Position numbers and translations under genes: made by a program
Shown here: piece by piece, positions 1-9,472 of the stretch
How the letters are laid out: every line of letters starts with the position of its first letter
Position numbering within the stretch: the stretch's first letter is position 1
Notes under the pieces: generated by a model
What the model was told of the DNA's origin: nothing
The model's database searches: none
What the model saw: the letters and a program-made list of their open reading frames with translations, nothing else
Assembly: GCA_965223505.1 (NCBI GenBank)
Contig: CBDCWP010000021.1
Coordinates: forward strand, 224,001-288,000
Direction: 5' to 3'
From: Planctomycetota bacterium
GTDB lineage: Bacteria; Planctomycetota; PLA2; JAEUHO01
DNA length: 64,000 bases

Positions 1-2
1 AG

Positions 3-149
3 TCCGTCGACGCCGGCTCGATCGTTCCGCAGTGGATCCAGTCCGACACGGACAAGCTGACGGCGACCGTGGAGCGCGTCCCGGAGCCGGACGAGATCTT
101 CCGTCCCTTCGAGACGAACATGCAGCTGATCGTGGAGTTCATCCGGTAG
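3..149 (+). CDS. rpsD: 30S ribosomal protein S4, C-terminal fragment (runs off the left edge)
   Basis: Manual frame +3 translation ...VPQWIQSDTDKLTATVERVPEPDEIFRPFETNMQLIVEFIR* resembles the S4 C-terminus (...QLIVEF/Y); not in the ORF track. Confidence 0.8.
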   Translation, partial: SVDAGSIVPQWIQSDTDKLTATVERVPEPDEIFRPFETNMQLIVEFIR

Positions 150-168
150 ATTCCGCTCCGCGGAATCT

Positions 169-193
169 GTAGGGGCGGGGCGAGGCCCCGCCC
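169..193 (+). repeat. Single GTAG-type REP-like hairpin, possible terminator
   Basis: GTAG-GGGCGGGG-CGAGG-CCCCGCCC directly after rpsD. Confidence 0.55.
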
Positions 194-416
194 GCTGCTT
201 GCGCATCTCGATTGCGGGCGTCGTCGACAGGTCATCGCCGACGGCTGCGTCCCCGGCATACGTACGTCGGGGGAGGCGAAAACGGGACCCGTCCATCGGG
301 TGCGGGCGCGTAACGGTAGCCGACGAACGACCAGCGGTACGCCGTCGCACTGTGCCTGCGCCCGTCCTTCGAAGCAGGTTGGAAGTACCGGTCTTGCGTT
401 GCGCGCGTCCCGTTGC

Positions 417-563
417 GAGCCCGCAGCACACGCGGCCGGCAGCCACGAGCCGAATGAACCGTAGAAACGACCCATGGTCGCTGTAGGGGCGACCCTCGTG
501 GTCGCCCAATTGGATGCGTCTTGGCGTCTGGATTGGGCAGCCATAAGGGCTGCCCCTACAGGT
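417..563. repeat. 147-bp direct repeat copy 1, containing a REP doublet at 483-559
   Basis: Aligns without gaps to 1383-1529 with 8 mismatches by eye; contains GTAGGGGCGACCCTCGTGGTCGCCC and inverted GGGCAGCCATAAGGGCTGCCCCTAC. Confidence 0.95.
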
Positions 564-566
564 CGC

Positions 567-602
567 CACGTGGACGTGAACGTGCACGTGATCGTGCACG
601 AC
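567..602. repeat. Short degenerate hexamer tandem repeat (GTGnAC-like)
   Basis: cacGTGGAC GTGAAC GTGCAC GTGATC GTGCAC gac. Confidence 0.6.
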
Positions 603-653
603 ATCCTGGACCGGAAGGCGGGTGACGTGGGTGCGGGCGTACGATGCACCGCT

Positions 654-1367
654 ATGTCCGCCGACGCGCCCGTACCGGAAGCGCAGGAACGAGGATTCCT
701 CGTCGTGAAGCAGCCGTCGGATTGGTGGGCGGCCTTCCGCGCGTCGTCGTCGCAAGCGGACGACGCAGACGAGTACCGAGCGCACCTCGCCCACCTACAC
801 GAGGTGCTCGGCGTTCGCCCCGACGCCTACCGCGGCGTCGACCGCGTACCCATCAATCGTAGTCTCGGCGGCTATGCCGACGCCGCGAGAGGCCGCCTGC
901 CGGAGCGAGCCAAGGAGATCATGGCCGCATCAGAGCTGATCTGGAACCGGCTGGGGTCCGAATACCCCGACTGGAACTTCGACGCCGACCTGGTTCCGGA
1001 TCTCACGCTCGCACGGGAGGTGAAAGCCCTCACGAAGGCGCCAACGGCGTGGGAGATCATTGCCGTGTCCCGAACGTTCGATGACGGGGCCTCGGAATCG
1101 TCGTTGGGGTTCGACGTCGCGCAGTGGGGCGGCGATCACCTCTCCATCGTGCGCGAGTCCATGTTGGGCCCTCGGCATTTCGGCTCTTCGATCGACTCGC
1201 TTCCGGAGCTCGTCCCGTTCGCGGAGCGTCTCAACGCAACGATGCTGTTCGACGACGTGCAGGACGCCCTGGCGTTTCGCTCATGGTCTCTGCGACAGGA
1301 CTGGGCATGCGTATCGAAGGGCTACGAGGACGAGTACCAGCTGATCCTCATCTCCGAGGTCAGCTAG
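654..1367 (+). CDS. Hypothetical protein between the direct repeats
   Basis: ORF 474..1367 re-started at ATG 654 because the upstream part is translated REP DNA; TACGAT box 8 nt upstream; protein-like composition, no recognised family. Confidence 0.7.
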   Translation: MSADAPVPEAQERGFLVVKQPSDWWAAFRASSSQADDADEYRAHLAHLHEVLGVRPDAYRGVDRVPINRSLGGYADAARGRLPERAKEIMAASELIWNRLGSEYPDWNFDADLVPDLTLAREVKALTKAPTAWEIIAVSRTFDDGASESSLGFDVAQWGGDHLSIVRESMLGPRHFGSSIDSLPELVPFAERLNATMLFDDVQDALAFRSWSLRQDWACVSKGYEDEYQLILISEVS

Positions 1368-1382
1368 CCCTCGGTAACGAGT

Positions 1383-1529
1383 GAGCCCGCAGCACACGCG
1401 GCCGGCAGCCACGCGCCGAATGAACCGTAGGTGCGACCCTTGGTCGCTGTAGGGGCGACCCTTGTGGTCGCCCAATTGGATGCGTCTTGGCGTCTGGATT
1501 GGGCAGCCACGAGGGCTGCCCCTACAGGT
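1383..1529. repeat. 147-bp direct repeat copy 2, containing a REP doublet at 1449-1525
   Basis: Near-identical to 417-563; its CTAC end supplies the TAG stop of the S9 peptidase. Confidence 0.95.
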
Positions 1530-4035
1530 GCCGCTCGAAATACTCGAGCAGCCGCCGGTGTACGTCCAGGCCCGCGCCGCCGATGCCGTGTCCGCGATAC
1601 GGATACGTCATGACGTCGAACGTGGACTTCCCGGCCCGTAGCAACGCCTCGACGAGGTGATACGTGTTCTGCGCGTGCACGTTGTCGTCGCCCAGGCCGT
1701 GCATCAACAGCAGATGACCGTTCATGCTCTTCGCGCGCTTCGCCGACGCGGTCTCTTCGTAGCCCTTCGGGTTGTCCTTCGGCAGGTGCCGCTCGAAATA
1801 CTCGAGCAGCCGCCGGTGTACGTCCAGGCCCGCGCCGCCGATGCCGTGTCCGCGATACGGATACGTCATGACGTCGAACGTGGACTTCCCGGCCCGTAGC
1901 AACGCCTCGACGAGGTGATACGTGTTCTGCGCGTGCACGTTGTCGTCGCCCAGGCCGTGCATCAACAGCAGATGACCGTTCATGCTCTTCGCGCGCTTCG
2001 CCGACGCGGTCTCTTCGTAGCCCTTCGGGTTGTCCTTCGGCACACCCATGTACCGCTCGGTGTAGATCGTGTCGTACAGACGCCAATCGGTGACCGGCGC
2101 CACGCCCACGCCGACCTTGAAGACGTCGCTCTTCATGGTGAGCGCGTTGCACGCCATCGTGCCGCCGTACGACCAGCCCCAGATGCCGATCCGGTCCCCG
2201 TCCACGTACGGCCGCTTCGCCATCTCCCTCGCCGCGCGCGCCTGGTCCTCGATCTCGAGGATGCCGAGGCGCTTGTAGACGGTGCGAATGAACTTCGCCC
2301 CCTGCGCGCCCGATCCACGCCCGTCCGCGTGCAGCACGAGGAAGCCGCGTTGCGTGAAGAACGTGGCCGAGAGGGCCGCCCGCCCCCACCGATTGCGGAC
2401 CATGCGCGAGCCCGGGCCGCCGTACGTGTGCACGATCAGCGGGTACTCCCGGTTCGGATCGAACGCCGCCGGCTTCCAGAGGCGGTAGTTGATGCGGCCG
2501 TGCGGGCAGTCGGGCAGCTCGATGTGCCCGTACTCGGGCTTGGCCAGCTTCACCTGATCCAGCTTCTTGGTCCGCGCGCTCCCGAACGACTCTAGCCGTT
2601 TCCGCTCCTTGACGTGCCAGAGCGACATCTCGACCGGCTTCGTGTCGCTCGAGGACGAGACGACCGCGTACGTTCCGGTGTCGTCCACCTGCGCTGAGGT
2701 CGAGCCCCAGTTCGAGGTGTCGAACATCGGCGTCGTCGGGTTCGGTCCGACGCCGTGGAAGACCCCGTCGCGCACACCCCCGAAGCTCGTCCCACCGAAG
2801 ATCGCGGCTCCGTGCTCGGGCTCGACGTGGTACAGGCGATACGCTTCGAAGTCGGGCGGTGTGACGCGCCGCGTCCGCGCCACGGCCGTGTGCCGGGGGT
2901 CCGTCTCGATGAGGTACCAAGCGAGGTAGCCGTCGCGATTGCTACGCCAGCGGAATTGATGCCCGTCCACGAACTTCGGTGCAGGCGGCGCGTCGATCCA
3001 CGCGTCGTCGCGCTCCTCGAACAGCACGACCGATGCCCCGTTCGCCGGATCGCAGCTGCGCACCTCCAGGTGCTGCTGATTGCGGTCCAGCGTCACGACG
3101 AGGACGCGTTTCGAATCCGGCGTCCACGCGACGCGGACGACGTACTCGGGCTTCCCGACGTCGAGCCAGACGGGGTCACCGCCCTTGGCCGGGGCGACGG
3201 CGACGCGCGCGACTGGATTCGGGTCCCCCGCCTTTGGGTAGCGCATCGTGCGCCCCTCGCTTCGAAGCGGCATCATCGCGGGCAAGCGATACGTGGGCAC
3301 CTCCGCTTCGTCGAGCTGGAGAAACGCGATGTGCTGCGCGTCCGGCGACCACCACGCCGCCGTGTCAAAGCCGAACTCCTCCGGATAGACCCAGTCGAGC
3401 GTCGCGTTGAGCAGCGTGTCGCAGCCGCCGCCGGTCAGCTGCCGCGGACGCCGGTCGCCGTCCGTGTCCGCGACCCACAGCTCGTTGTCGCGCGCGAACG
3501 AAACGCGGCTGCCGTCCGGCGCGACGCGCAGGTCGGCCATCGGCGTCTGCGTGTGCGTCAGGCGCGACCGCGTTCCCTCGGCAAGGTCCACCCAGACGAG
3601 ATCGCCTTTCACGACGGCGCAAAGCGCCGTGCCCGATTCGGCCCACTTGAACCGCGGCGGTCCGGCGCGACCGATGCCGCGCATGCGCTTGCCCTTGCCG
3701 GGCACCAGCTCGTCGAGCGCGGTGAAGTCCAGCAGCACGCGTTCCGTCTTGTCGTGCACGTCCCGGACGAGCAACACGCTGTTGGGCTTGGCTTTCTTGT
3801 CCGCACCCGGCGGCCTGCGTTGACCGATGCGTACGAGCTGCGGGTGCTTCGGTCGCCACTTCCAGCCCGGCAGCGGCTTCGTGAAGCGCGCGCCGCCGCC
3901 ATGCAGCATCTTCAGCGTCAGCCGGAGTCCGGGATCCGCCTTCTCCTCCGCGCGCAGTGGCATTGGCATCAGGGAGAGCAGTACCAGCGCGCACGCAGCG
4001 CGCGCGAAGAGACGACGCAAGCGAACTCCGTTCAT
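1522..4035 (-). CDS. Exported S9B family dipeptidyl peptidase IV-like serine peptidase with duplicated C-terminal 86 aa
   Basis: Start ATG 4035 (MNGVRLRRLF..., signal peptide) overlaps the upstream stop (ATGA); DWVYPEE, YPKAG, GWSYGG, DDNVH and GHGI motifs. Confidence 0.93.
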   Translation of the reverse strand: MNGVRLRRLFARAACALVLLSLMPMPLRAEEKADPGLRLTLKMLHGGGARFTKPLPGWKWRPKHPQLVRIGQRRPPGADKKAKPNSVLLVRDVHDKTERVLLDFTALDELVPGKGKRMRGIGRAGPPRFKWAESGTALCAVVKGDLVWVDLAEGTRSRLTHTQTPMADLRVAPDGSRVSFARDNELWVADTDGDRRPRQLTGGGCDTLLNATLDWVYPEEFGFDTAAWWSPDAQHIAFLQLDEAEVPTYRLPAMMPLRSEGRTMRYPKAGDPNPVARVAVAPAKGGDPVWLDVGKPEYVVRVAWTPDSKRVLVVTLDRNQQHLEVRSCDPANGASVVLFEERDDAWIDAPPAPKFVDGHQFRWRSNRDGYLAWYLIETDPRHTAVARTRRVTPPDFEAYRLYHVEPEHGAAIFGGTSFGGVRDGVFHGVGPNPTTPMFDTSNWGSTSAQVDDTGTYAVVSSSSDTKPVEMSLWHVKERKRLESFGSARTKKLDQVKLAKPEYGHIELPDCPHGRINYRLWKPAAFDPNREYPLIVHTYGGPGSRMVRNRWGRAALSATFFTQRGFLVLHADGRGSGAQGAKFIRTVYKRLGILEIEDQARAAREMAKRPYVDGDRIGIWGWSYGGTMACNALTMKSDVFKVGVGVAPVTDWRLYDTIYTERYMGVPKDNPKGYEETASAKRAKSMNGHLLLMHGLGDDNVHAQNTYHLVEALLRAGKSTFDVMTYPYRGHGIGGAGLDVHRRLLEYFERHLPKDNPKGYEETASAKRAKSMNGHLLLMHGLGDDNVHAQNTYHLVEALLRAGKSTFDVMTYPYRGHGIGGAGLDVHRRLLEYFERHL
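1525..2040. repeat. Exact 258-bp tandem duplication (1525-1782 = 1783-2040), in frame
   Basis: Copies identical by eye; protein shows PKDNPKGY...FERHL twice. Confidence 0.95.
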
Positions 4036-5147
4036 TCCGGCGGCTTCTTGTTCGGGGACACGGACTTGAGCGCGCTCGCGAGCTTCTTGGCCTTGATCTT
4101 GGCGGCGAGCTCCTTCTTGAGCTTGCCCTTTCGGTCGAAGACCAGCACACACGGCAAGCTCTTCAGCTTCGCGCCGCGCTCGCGCAACCGGGCGAGGGTC
4201 ATCGCGCCCTCGGTCTCGGGGTCGTCGCCCTGATCCACGCGAAGCTTCACGGCCCCGAGCTGGTTGCCGTAGTGGCGCACGAGCGGATCCATGAAGAGCT
4301 CGTTCTGCAGCTGCTTGGCGAGCGCGTTGTCGGTGTCGAGCTCGTCGTAGGCGTAGACGAAGACACCGCCCTTCTTCTTGCCCTCGAGCGCCGCGAGCGC
4401 GGCGTCCAGGTCCTCGCTCCAGCTGAAATTCATGTCGACGCCGGCGGTGAAGCGCCCCTCCATCGCCCCCATCCACCACCGGCAGTACGGCATGAGCTGA
4501 TCGGGCCACTTGTGCCCCAGATTCGGCTGAACGCGCACCTCGACGACCCGAACCTTGTCGCGCAACGACGTGACGGTCCCCTTGGCAGCCCCGAGATTCG
4601 CGTCCTGCGCGCCGGCGAGCGCCAGGGCACCCAGCTCCTTCTTGGCCCACTTGGGAACGCCGGCGCCGCGATACCCGGCGGCGATCCAGGTCGCGCTACA
4701 GGGTTTGAGCTCGTCGTCGAACGCCAGCGGCCCGAGGTTCCAGCCGCCGTTGGAGAACCCCATGACGTGCACGCGCTTCGGATCGATCGGCAGGACGTCC
4801 TTGAGGTGCGCGCCGATCTTCAGCACGGACTCGATGTCGGCGTCGTTCCAGCCCGTCCCCGTGGACTTCGGCGCACAAACCACGTAGCCGTCGTTCGCCC
4901 AGGCCCGCAGCGACCCGGCCATGCCCGACGCGGTCCCGCCGTAGCCGTGCAGGATGATGACCAGCGACTGCGGCTGGTCGGGTGCGATGCCGGCCGGCAA
5001 ATGCAGCCACGTCTTCAGCCCCTCGATGTCGTGGGTGCTCTCGCCCTTCGGGTACGGCAGGTCGTCCGACCACGCGGACGAAGGTCCGCACAGCAGCGGC
5101 GCTGCGCAGACGAGTGCAAACAACAGGGATCGCAGTGCCGCAACCAT
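4032..5147 (-). CDS. Exported alpha/beta-hydrolase (esterase/PHB depolymerase-like) with C-terminal thioredoxin-like domain lacking CxxC
   Basis: Signal peptide; LHGYGG, GFSNGG nucleophile elbow, GAQD, GHKW; C-terminal WSEDLDAALAA...VFVYAY...SLPCVLVFDRKG. Confidence 0.75.
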   Translation of the reverse strand: MVAALRSLLFALVCAAPLLCGPSSAWSDDLPYPKGESTHDIEGLKTWLHLPAGIAPDQPQSLVIILHGYGGTASGMAGSLRAWANDGYVVCAPKSTGTGWNDADIESVLKIGAHLKDVLPIDPKRVHVMGFSNGGWNLGPLAFDDELKPCSATWIAAGYRGAGVPKWAKKELGALALAGAQDANLGAAKGTVTSLRDKVRVVEVRVQPNLGHKWPDQLMPYCRWWMGAMEGRFTAGVDMNFSWSEDLDAALAALEGKKKGGVFVYAYDELDTDNALAKQLQNELFMDPLVRHYGNQLGAVKLRVDQGDDPETEGAMTLARLRERGAKLKSLPCVLVFDRKGKLKKELAAKIKAKKLASALKSVSPNKKPPE

Positions 5148-5269
5148 CGGCGATCAGCCTACGCCGCCTTGCAGCACGCATCTAGGCCGTCCCTTCGCGG
5201 AAGCGACCGCCGAACGCCCAGTCGGAAGCCCCCGTGAAACCTCGCGCCGGACAGGAGCGTCGATCCGGC

Positions 5270-5611
5270 ATGAGCAAGACCGTCACCCTCACGAAAGACG
5301 ACTTCGAGGCGAAGGTCCTTCGGAACGACCGGCTCGTCCTGGTCGACTTCTGGGCCCCCTGGTGCGCACCGTGCGTGGCGCTGGCCCCCACCATCGACGC
5401 CCTTGCGGACGCGTTCGACGGCCGCGCAACGATCGCCAAGCTCGACGTGGACGGCGCGCCGGCACTCGCCGCGCGCTATGGGATTCAGTCGATCCCGGCG
5501 CTGCTCTTCTTCCGCGACGGCGAGGTGGTGGACCGCGCCGTCGGCCTCCAGTCGCAGGCCGAGCTCAGCGACCGGCTCGAGGCGATCCTGACGGCCCGCG
5601 CCGCCGAGTAA
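5270..5611 (+). CDS. trxA: Thioredoxin
   Basis: VDFWAPWCAPC, IQSIP cis-Pro loop; AGGAG upstream. Confidence 0.93.
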   Translation: MSKTVTLTKDDFEAKVLRNDRLVLVDFWAPWCAPCVALAPTIDALADAFDGRATIAKLDVDGAPALAARYGIQSIPALLFFRDGEVVDRAVGLQSQAELSDRLEAILTARAAE

Positions 5612-5626
5612 CCACGTTCGCGTCCG

Positions 5627-6043
5627 TCACTCGGACGAGTGGACCCAGCTCTCCGCGACGTCTTCGTCCATCCAGTAGTGGGCTTGTCGCTCGTCCCCTT
5701 CGCCACGGCTCTCGACCTCGACGGGCCAACGCAGGGACGTGCCGTGGCGGGACCGCAGGAGCTTCGTGAACGCGGACATGTCGGCCCGCGCCTCGTGATA
5801 GCTGCGCCCGGCGCGGTCCTCGATCTCGCTGCGGGAGATCCAGACTCCGGGCGACGCGGCGCACAGGTCCAGCATCGCGACGGTGGTGTCGTTCAGGCGC
5901 GGCCGCAGGTCCCGGAAGCGCTGCTCGGTCCAGCCCGAGACCGGCGACTCGACCTCGGTGTCGGTCAGGAGCCGCAACACGTCGGCGTAGCGCCGCTTGG
6001 GGATGGGAACGTAGATCCAATCGGGCGGAGCGGCGATCGTCAT
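5627..6043 (-). CDS. Hypothetical small cytoplasmic protein (possibly DUF6416-like or winged-helix)
   Basis: 138-aa ORF filling the gap, GAGG upstream; family resemblance from memory only. Confidence 0.55.
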   Translation of the reverse strand: MTIAAPPDWIYVPIPKRRYADVLRLLTDTEVESPVSGWTEQRFRDLRPRLNDTTVAMLDLCAASPGVWISRSEIEDRAGRSYHEARADMSAFTKLLRSRHGTSLRWPVEVESRGEGDERQAHYWMDEDVAESWVHSSE

Positions 6044-6129
6044 AGCTTGGTCAGCCTCGTTCTATCTGGGTCGTTCTTGGTCTACCTATGACCATAGCGG
6101 AGTAGACGGAGAACGCAATCTTGCGGCAT

Positions 6130-6234
6130 GTAGGGGCAGCCCTTTGTGGCTGCCCTTCGCGGCTGCCCACCCCATGCGACCACCGCCGGCGATTCCATCG
6201 GGCGACCACAGGGGTTGCCCCTCCGGCGCCCTAC
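6130..6234. repeat. GTAG-type REP doublet
   Basis: GTAGGGGCAGCCCTTTGTGGCTGCCC ... GGGCGACCACAGGGGTTGCCCCTCC, ending GCCCTAC on the metG stop. Confidence 0.85.
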
Positions 6235-8258
6235 CGAACCCGCTGCCCGGGCTCCGCCCCGGTATCCGGCGACAACAGAAACACGTCTCGCCCGCCCGGA
6301 CCCGCGGCGACCACCATGCCCTCGCTGACGCCGAACTTCATCTTGCGCGGCGCCAGGTTCGCAACGCAAACCACCAGGCGATCGATGAGGTCCTCCGCCT
6401 GGTAGGCGCTCTTGATGCCCGCCAAGACGGTTCGCGTCTCGTCTCCGCCCAGACTCAGGGTGAGCCGCAGCAGCTTGTCCGCCTCGGGGACCGCCTCCGC
6501 ATTCAGCACACGCGCCACGCGCAGATCGATCTTCTGGAAGTCGTCGAACGTGCACTGCTCGGCCAACGGCTCGTCGGCCAGGGGCCCGGACGGCTCCGGC
6601 GCGGCATCGGCGGGGGCTTCCACACTGTCGTCGATCATCGCTTGCACCTTCGCGGGATCGACCCGCTGCATGAGGTGTTTGAACGTCTCGAGCTGCGTGC
6701 CCGTGAGCGGCGTCTGCGCGTCGTCCCAGCGCTCGATGGGCGTCGCGAAGAGCTCGCCGGTCTGTTCCGACAGCCGCGGCAGCACGGGCGTGAGGTACAC
6801 GACCAGCTGCCGGAACAGGTTGAGCGCGATCGTGCACGCGTCCTGCAGCTCCCGTGCGCGCTCGGGGTCCTTGCGCAGCTTCCAAGGCTCGACGCCTTCG
6901 ACGTACTCGTTGGCCCGGTCCGCACGCGCCATGATCAGTCGCATCGCCTTGCTGAAGTCGCAGTCTTCGTAGGCCCGGGCGATCGCCTCGCCCTCGACTG
7001 CGGCCTGCTCGAAGAGCCCGCCGTCGTCGGGATACGTAGCCGAGAGGCCGATCCCGTCGATGAACTTCGCGGTTCGGCTCGCGAGGTTCACGACCTTGCC
7101 GACGAGGTCGCTGTTCACCTTCGCCGCGAACTCCTCGAAGCCGAAATCGAAGTCGTCGATGCGCGGCGTGAGCTTGGACGCGTAGAAGTACCGCAGGTAC
7201 GACGGATCGAGGTGTTTCGCGTACGTCTCGGCCTTGATGAAGGTCCCCTTGGACTTGGACATCTTCGCGCCGTCGACGGTCAGGAACCCGTGGATCTGCA
7301 CGCGACGCGGCAGCGTGAACCCCGCCGTCTTCACCATGGCCGGCCAGAAGAGGCAGTGGAAGTAGATGATGTCCTTGCCGATGAAGTGCCGAATCTCGAC
7401 GTCGTCCGAGCGCCACCAGTCGTCGAACGACTCGCCGTTGGCGTCGCACCATTCCTTGGTGGAGGCCATGTACCCGATGGGGGCGTCGAACCAGACGTAC
7501 CAGTAGTGACCGGGCGCGTCGGGGATCTCGAATCCGAAGTAGGGGGCCGGCCGGCTGATGTCCCAGTCGCGCAGCGGCTCCCCGAGGAAGTGCCCCTTCA
7601 GGTAGTTCGCGACCTCCGGCTCGAGATGATCGCCGGATTGGGTCCACTCGGTGAGGAAGTCTTGCATCTGATCGATGCGCACGAACAGATGCGGCGCGGT
7701 GTGAAGCTCGGGCGTCGCGCCCGACAGCGTGCTCCTCGGGTTCTTCAGGTCGGTGGGGGCGTAGGTCGAACCGCACACCGAGCAGTTGTCGCCGTACTGG
7801 TCGGCGGCGCCGCACTTGGGGTTCGGACAGGTGCCGCGCACGAACCGATCGGCGAGGAACGTGCCGGCCTCCGGATCGTAGAGCTGGGTCACGTCGCGTT
7901 CGGTGACGAGGCCTTGCTCGCGCAGCGCCGCCCAGATCTCGGCGCACAGCTCCCGATTGGCGGGGGAGTTCGTGCTGCCGAAGTTGTCGAAGCTGATCCC
8001 GAAAGCGGCGAAGTCGCGCACGTGCTCCGCGTGCATCTGCGCGATCAGCTCCTCTTCGCTGCGCCCTTCCTGACGGGCGCGGATCATGGTGGCGGTGCCG
8101 TGGGTGTCGTCGGCGCAGATGTAGATGCAGCGGTGGCCCCGAAGCCGCTGGAAGCGGCACCAGATGTCCGCCTGCGTGTACTCCACGAGGTGCCCCAGGT
8201 GAATGGGGCCGTTCGCGTACGGCAGGGCGGCGGTGACGAGGATCTTGCGTTCGGACAT
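6231..8258 (-). CDS. metG: Methionine--tRNA ligase with C-terminal tRNA-binding domain
   Basis: [13 protein letters not shown], Zn knuckle Cys pairs, [16 protein letters not shown]-terminal [15 protein letters not shown]. Confidence 0.98.
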   Translation of the reverse strand: MSERKILVTAALPYANGPIHLGHLVEYTQADIWCRFQRLRGHRCIYICADDTHGTATMIRARQEGRSEEELIAQMHAEHVRDFAAFGISFDNFGSTNSPANRELCAEIWAALREQGLVTERDVTQLYDPEAGTFLADRFVRGTCPNPKCGAADQYGDNCSVCGSTYAPTDLKNPRSTLSGATPELHTAPHLFVRIDQMQDFLTEWTQSGDHLEPEVANYLKGHFLGEPLRDWDISRPAPYFGFEIPDAPGHYWYVWFDAPIGYMASTKEWCDANGESFDDWWRSDDVEIRHFIGKDIIYFHCLFWPAMVKTAGFTLPRRVQIHGFLTVDGAKMSKSKGTFIKAETYAKHLDPSYLRYFYASKLTPRIDDFDFGFEEFAAKVNSDLVGKVVNLASRTAKFIDGIGLSATYPDDGGLFEQAAVEGEAIARAYEDCDFSKAMRLIMARADRANEYVEGVEPWKLRKDPERARELQDACTIALNLFRQLVVYLTPVLPRLSEQTGELFATPIERWDDAQTPLTGTQLETFKHLMQRVDPAKVQAMIDDSVEAPADAAPEPSGPLADEPLAEQCTFDDFQKIDLRVARVLNAEAVPEADKLLRLTLSLGGDETRTVLAGIKSAYQAEDLIDRLVVCVANLAPRKMKFGVSEGMVVAAGPGGRDVFLLSPDTGAEPGQRVR

Positions 8259-8327
8259 GGGGCGGGTCCTGTGGCGTGATGGTGCCCGCTGGGGGTGCGA
8301 ATGGCTAGAAGGTTGTCGGGCTGCGGG

Positions 8328-9329
8328 TCACCCGCGCAGCCCGCACGCCGCTCGAACGCCGTCCAGCACGGGGGCGCCGATCTCTCGCGCGCGCGCGGCG
8401 CCTCCCGTGAGGATGCCGTGCACGTAGTCGAGGTTGCGCTCGAGATCCGCCCGGTGCGCGCGCGCGTCGTCGAAACGCTCGTGGAACTTCGCCAGCAGGC
8501 GCTTCTTGAAATCGCCGTACCCGACGCCGCCTGCGCGGTATTGGCCCTCGATCTCGGTCAGCTCGGATGCGTCGCAGAACAGCTTCAGGAGCGCGAAGAC
8601 GTTGCACGTCCCGGGGTCCTTCGGCGCCTCGACCGGCGTCGAGTCCGTGACGATGCCCATGATCTGCTTCTTGACCTGCTTGTCCGTGGCGAACACGTCC
8701 ACGCCGTTGTCGTAGCTCTTGGACATCTTCCGGCCGTCGGTGCCGGGCACGACGGCGGTGTCGTCCATGATCAGCGCGTTCGGCACGACGAGGGCGCCGC
8801 CTTCTCCCGTCGCCGGGTCGAAATCGGGGCAGTACGTGCTGTTGAATTTCACGGCGATGTCGCGCGTGATCTCGATGTGTTGCTTCTGGTCCTTGCCGAC
8901 CGGCACGGTATCGCTGTGATAGAGCAGAATGTCCGCCGCCATGAGGACGGGATAGGAAAAGAGTCCGAAGTCGACCTCCTTGCCCTTCGCCTGCGCGTCC
9001 TTGTAGGCATGCGCGCGGTTCAGCAGCCCCATCGGCGTGACGGAGCCGAGAATCCACTGCAGCTCACTGACCTCCGGCACGTGCGACTGCACGAAGAGCG
9101 TGCAGCGCTCGGGATCGAGGCCGAGCGCCAGATAGTCGAGCGCGACCCCCATCACGTACGCCCGCATCGTCTCGGCGTCACGGACGCCGTCGAGCGCGTG
9201 CAGATCCGCGATGAAGTAGAGACCGTCGCCGCGATCCTGAAGATCGATCCACTGGCGAACGGCGCCGAAGTAGTTGCCGAGGTGGATGCCGCCTCGGCCC
9301 GTGGGCTTGAGTCCGCTCAGGATGCGCAT
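8328..9329 (-). CDS. trpS: Tryptophan--tRNA ligase
   Basis: SGLKPTG, HLGNY, YPVLMAADIL, VGKDQKQH, KMSKS. Confidence 0.98.
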   Translation of the reverse strand: MRILSGLKPTGRGGIHLGNYFGAVRQWIDLQDRGDGLYFIADLHALDGVRDAETMRAYVMGVALDYLALGLDPERCTLFVQSHVPEVSELQWILGSVTPMGLLNRAHAYKDAQAKGKEVDFGLFSYPVLMAADILLYHSDTVPVGKDQKQHIEITRDIAVKFNSTYCPDFDPATGEGGALVVPNALIMDDTAVVPGTDGRKMSKSYDNGVDVFATDKQVKKQIMGIVTDSTPVEAPKDPGTCNVFALLKLFCDASELTEIEGQYRAGGVGYGDFKKRLLAKFHERFDDARAHRADLERNLDYVHGILTGGAARAREIGAPVLDGVRAACGLRG

Positions 9330-9472
9330 CGGATCGACCTACGGTGGGGACGGCCCGCGCGGCCGCCCGCAATCAGCTGACTGTGCCGACACCCAGGTGT
9401 GTCGGCACGCAACGAGGCAGTATGGCCGCTTCGCGACTCCGCCGGACAGAGGATTCGGGGCAGGCCCGCGAT

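Noticed and set aside
199..416. Small ORFs or a riboswitch downstream of rpsD
   Set aside because: The ORFs are Arg/Pro-rich and non-protein-like; only weak GC pairings and no recognisable aptamer.
474..653. MVAVGATLVVAQ... N-terminus, and ORF 1431..1613
   Set aside because: Translation of REP sequence rather than real coding DNA.
417..2040. Diversity-generating retroelement TR/VR pair
   Set aside because: Six of 8 mismatches in the 147-bp repeat are at A in copy 1, but both copies are non-coding REP DNA, copy 2 looks closer to the REP consensus, the 258-bp copies are identical, and no reverse transcriptase gene is in the window.
4036..4650. 205-aa N-terminal extension of the S9 peptidase in the ORF track
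   Set aside because: Arg/Gly-rich shadow of the overlapping esterase gene; the signal peptide starts at ATG 4035.
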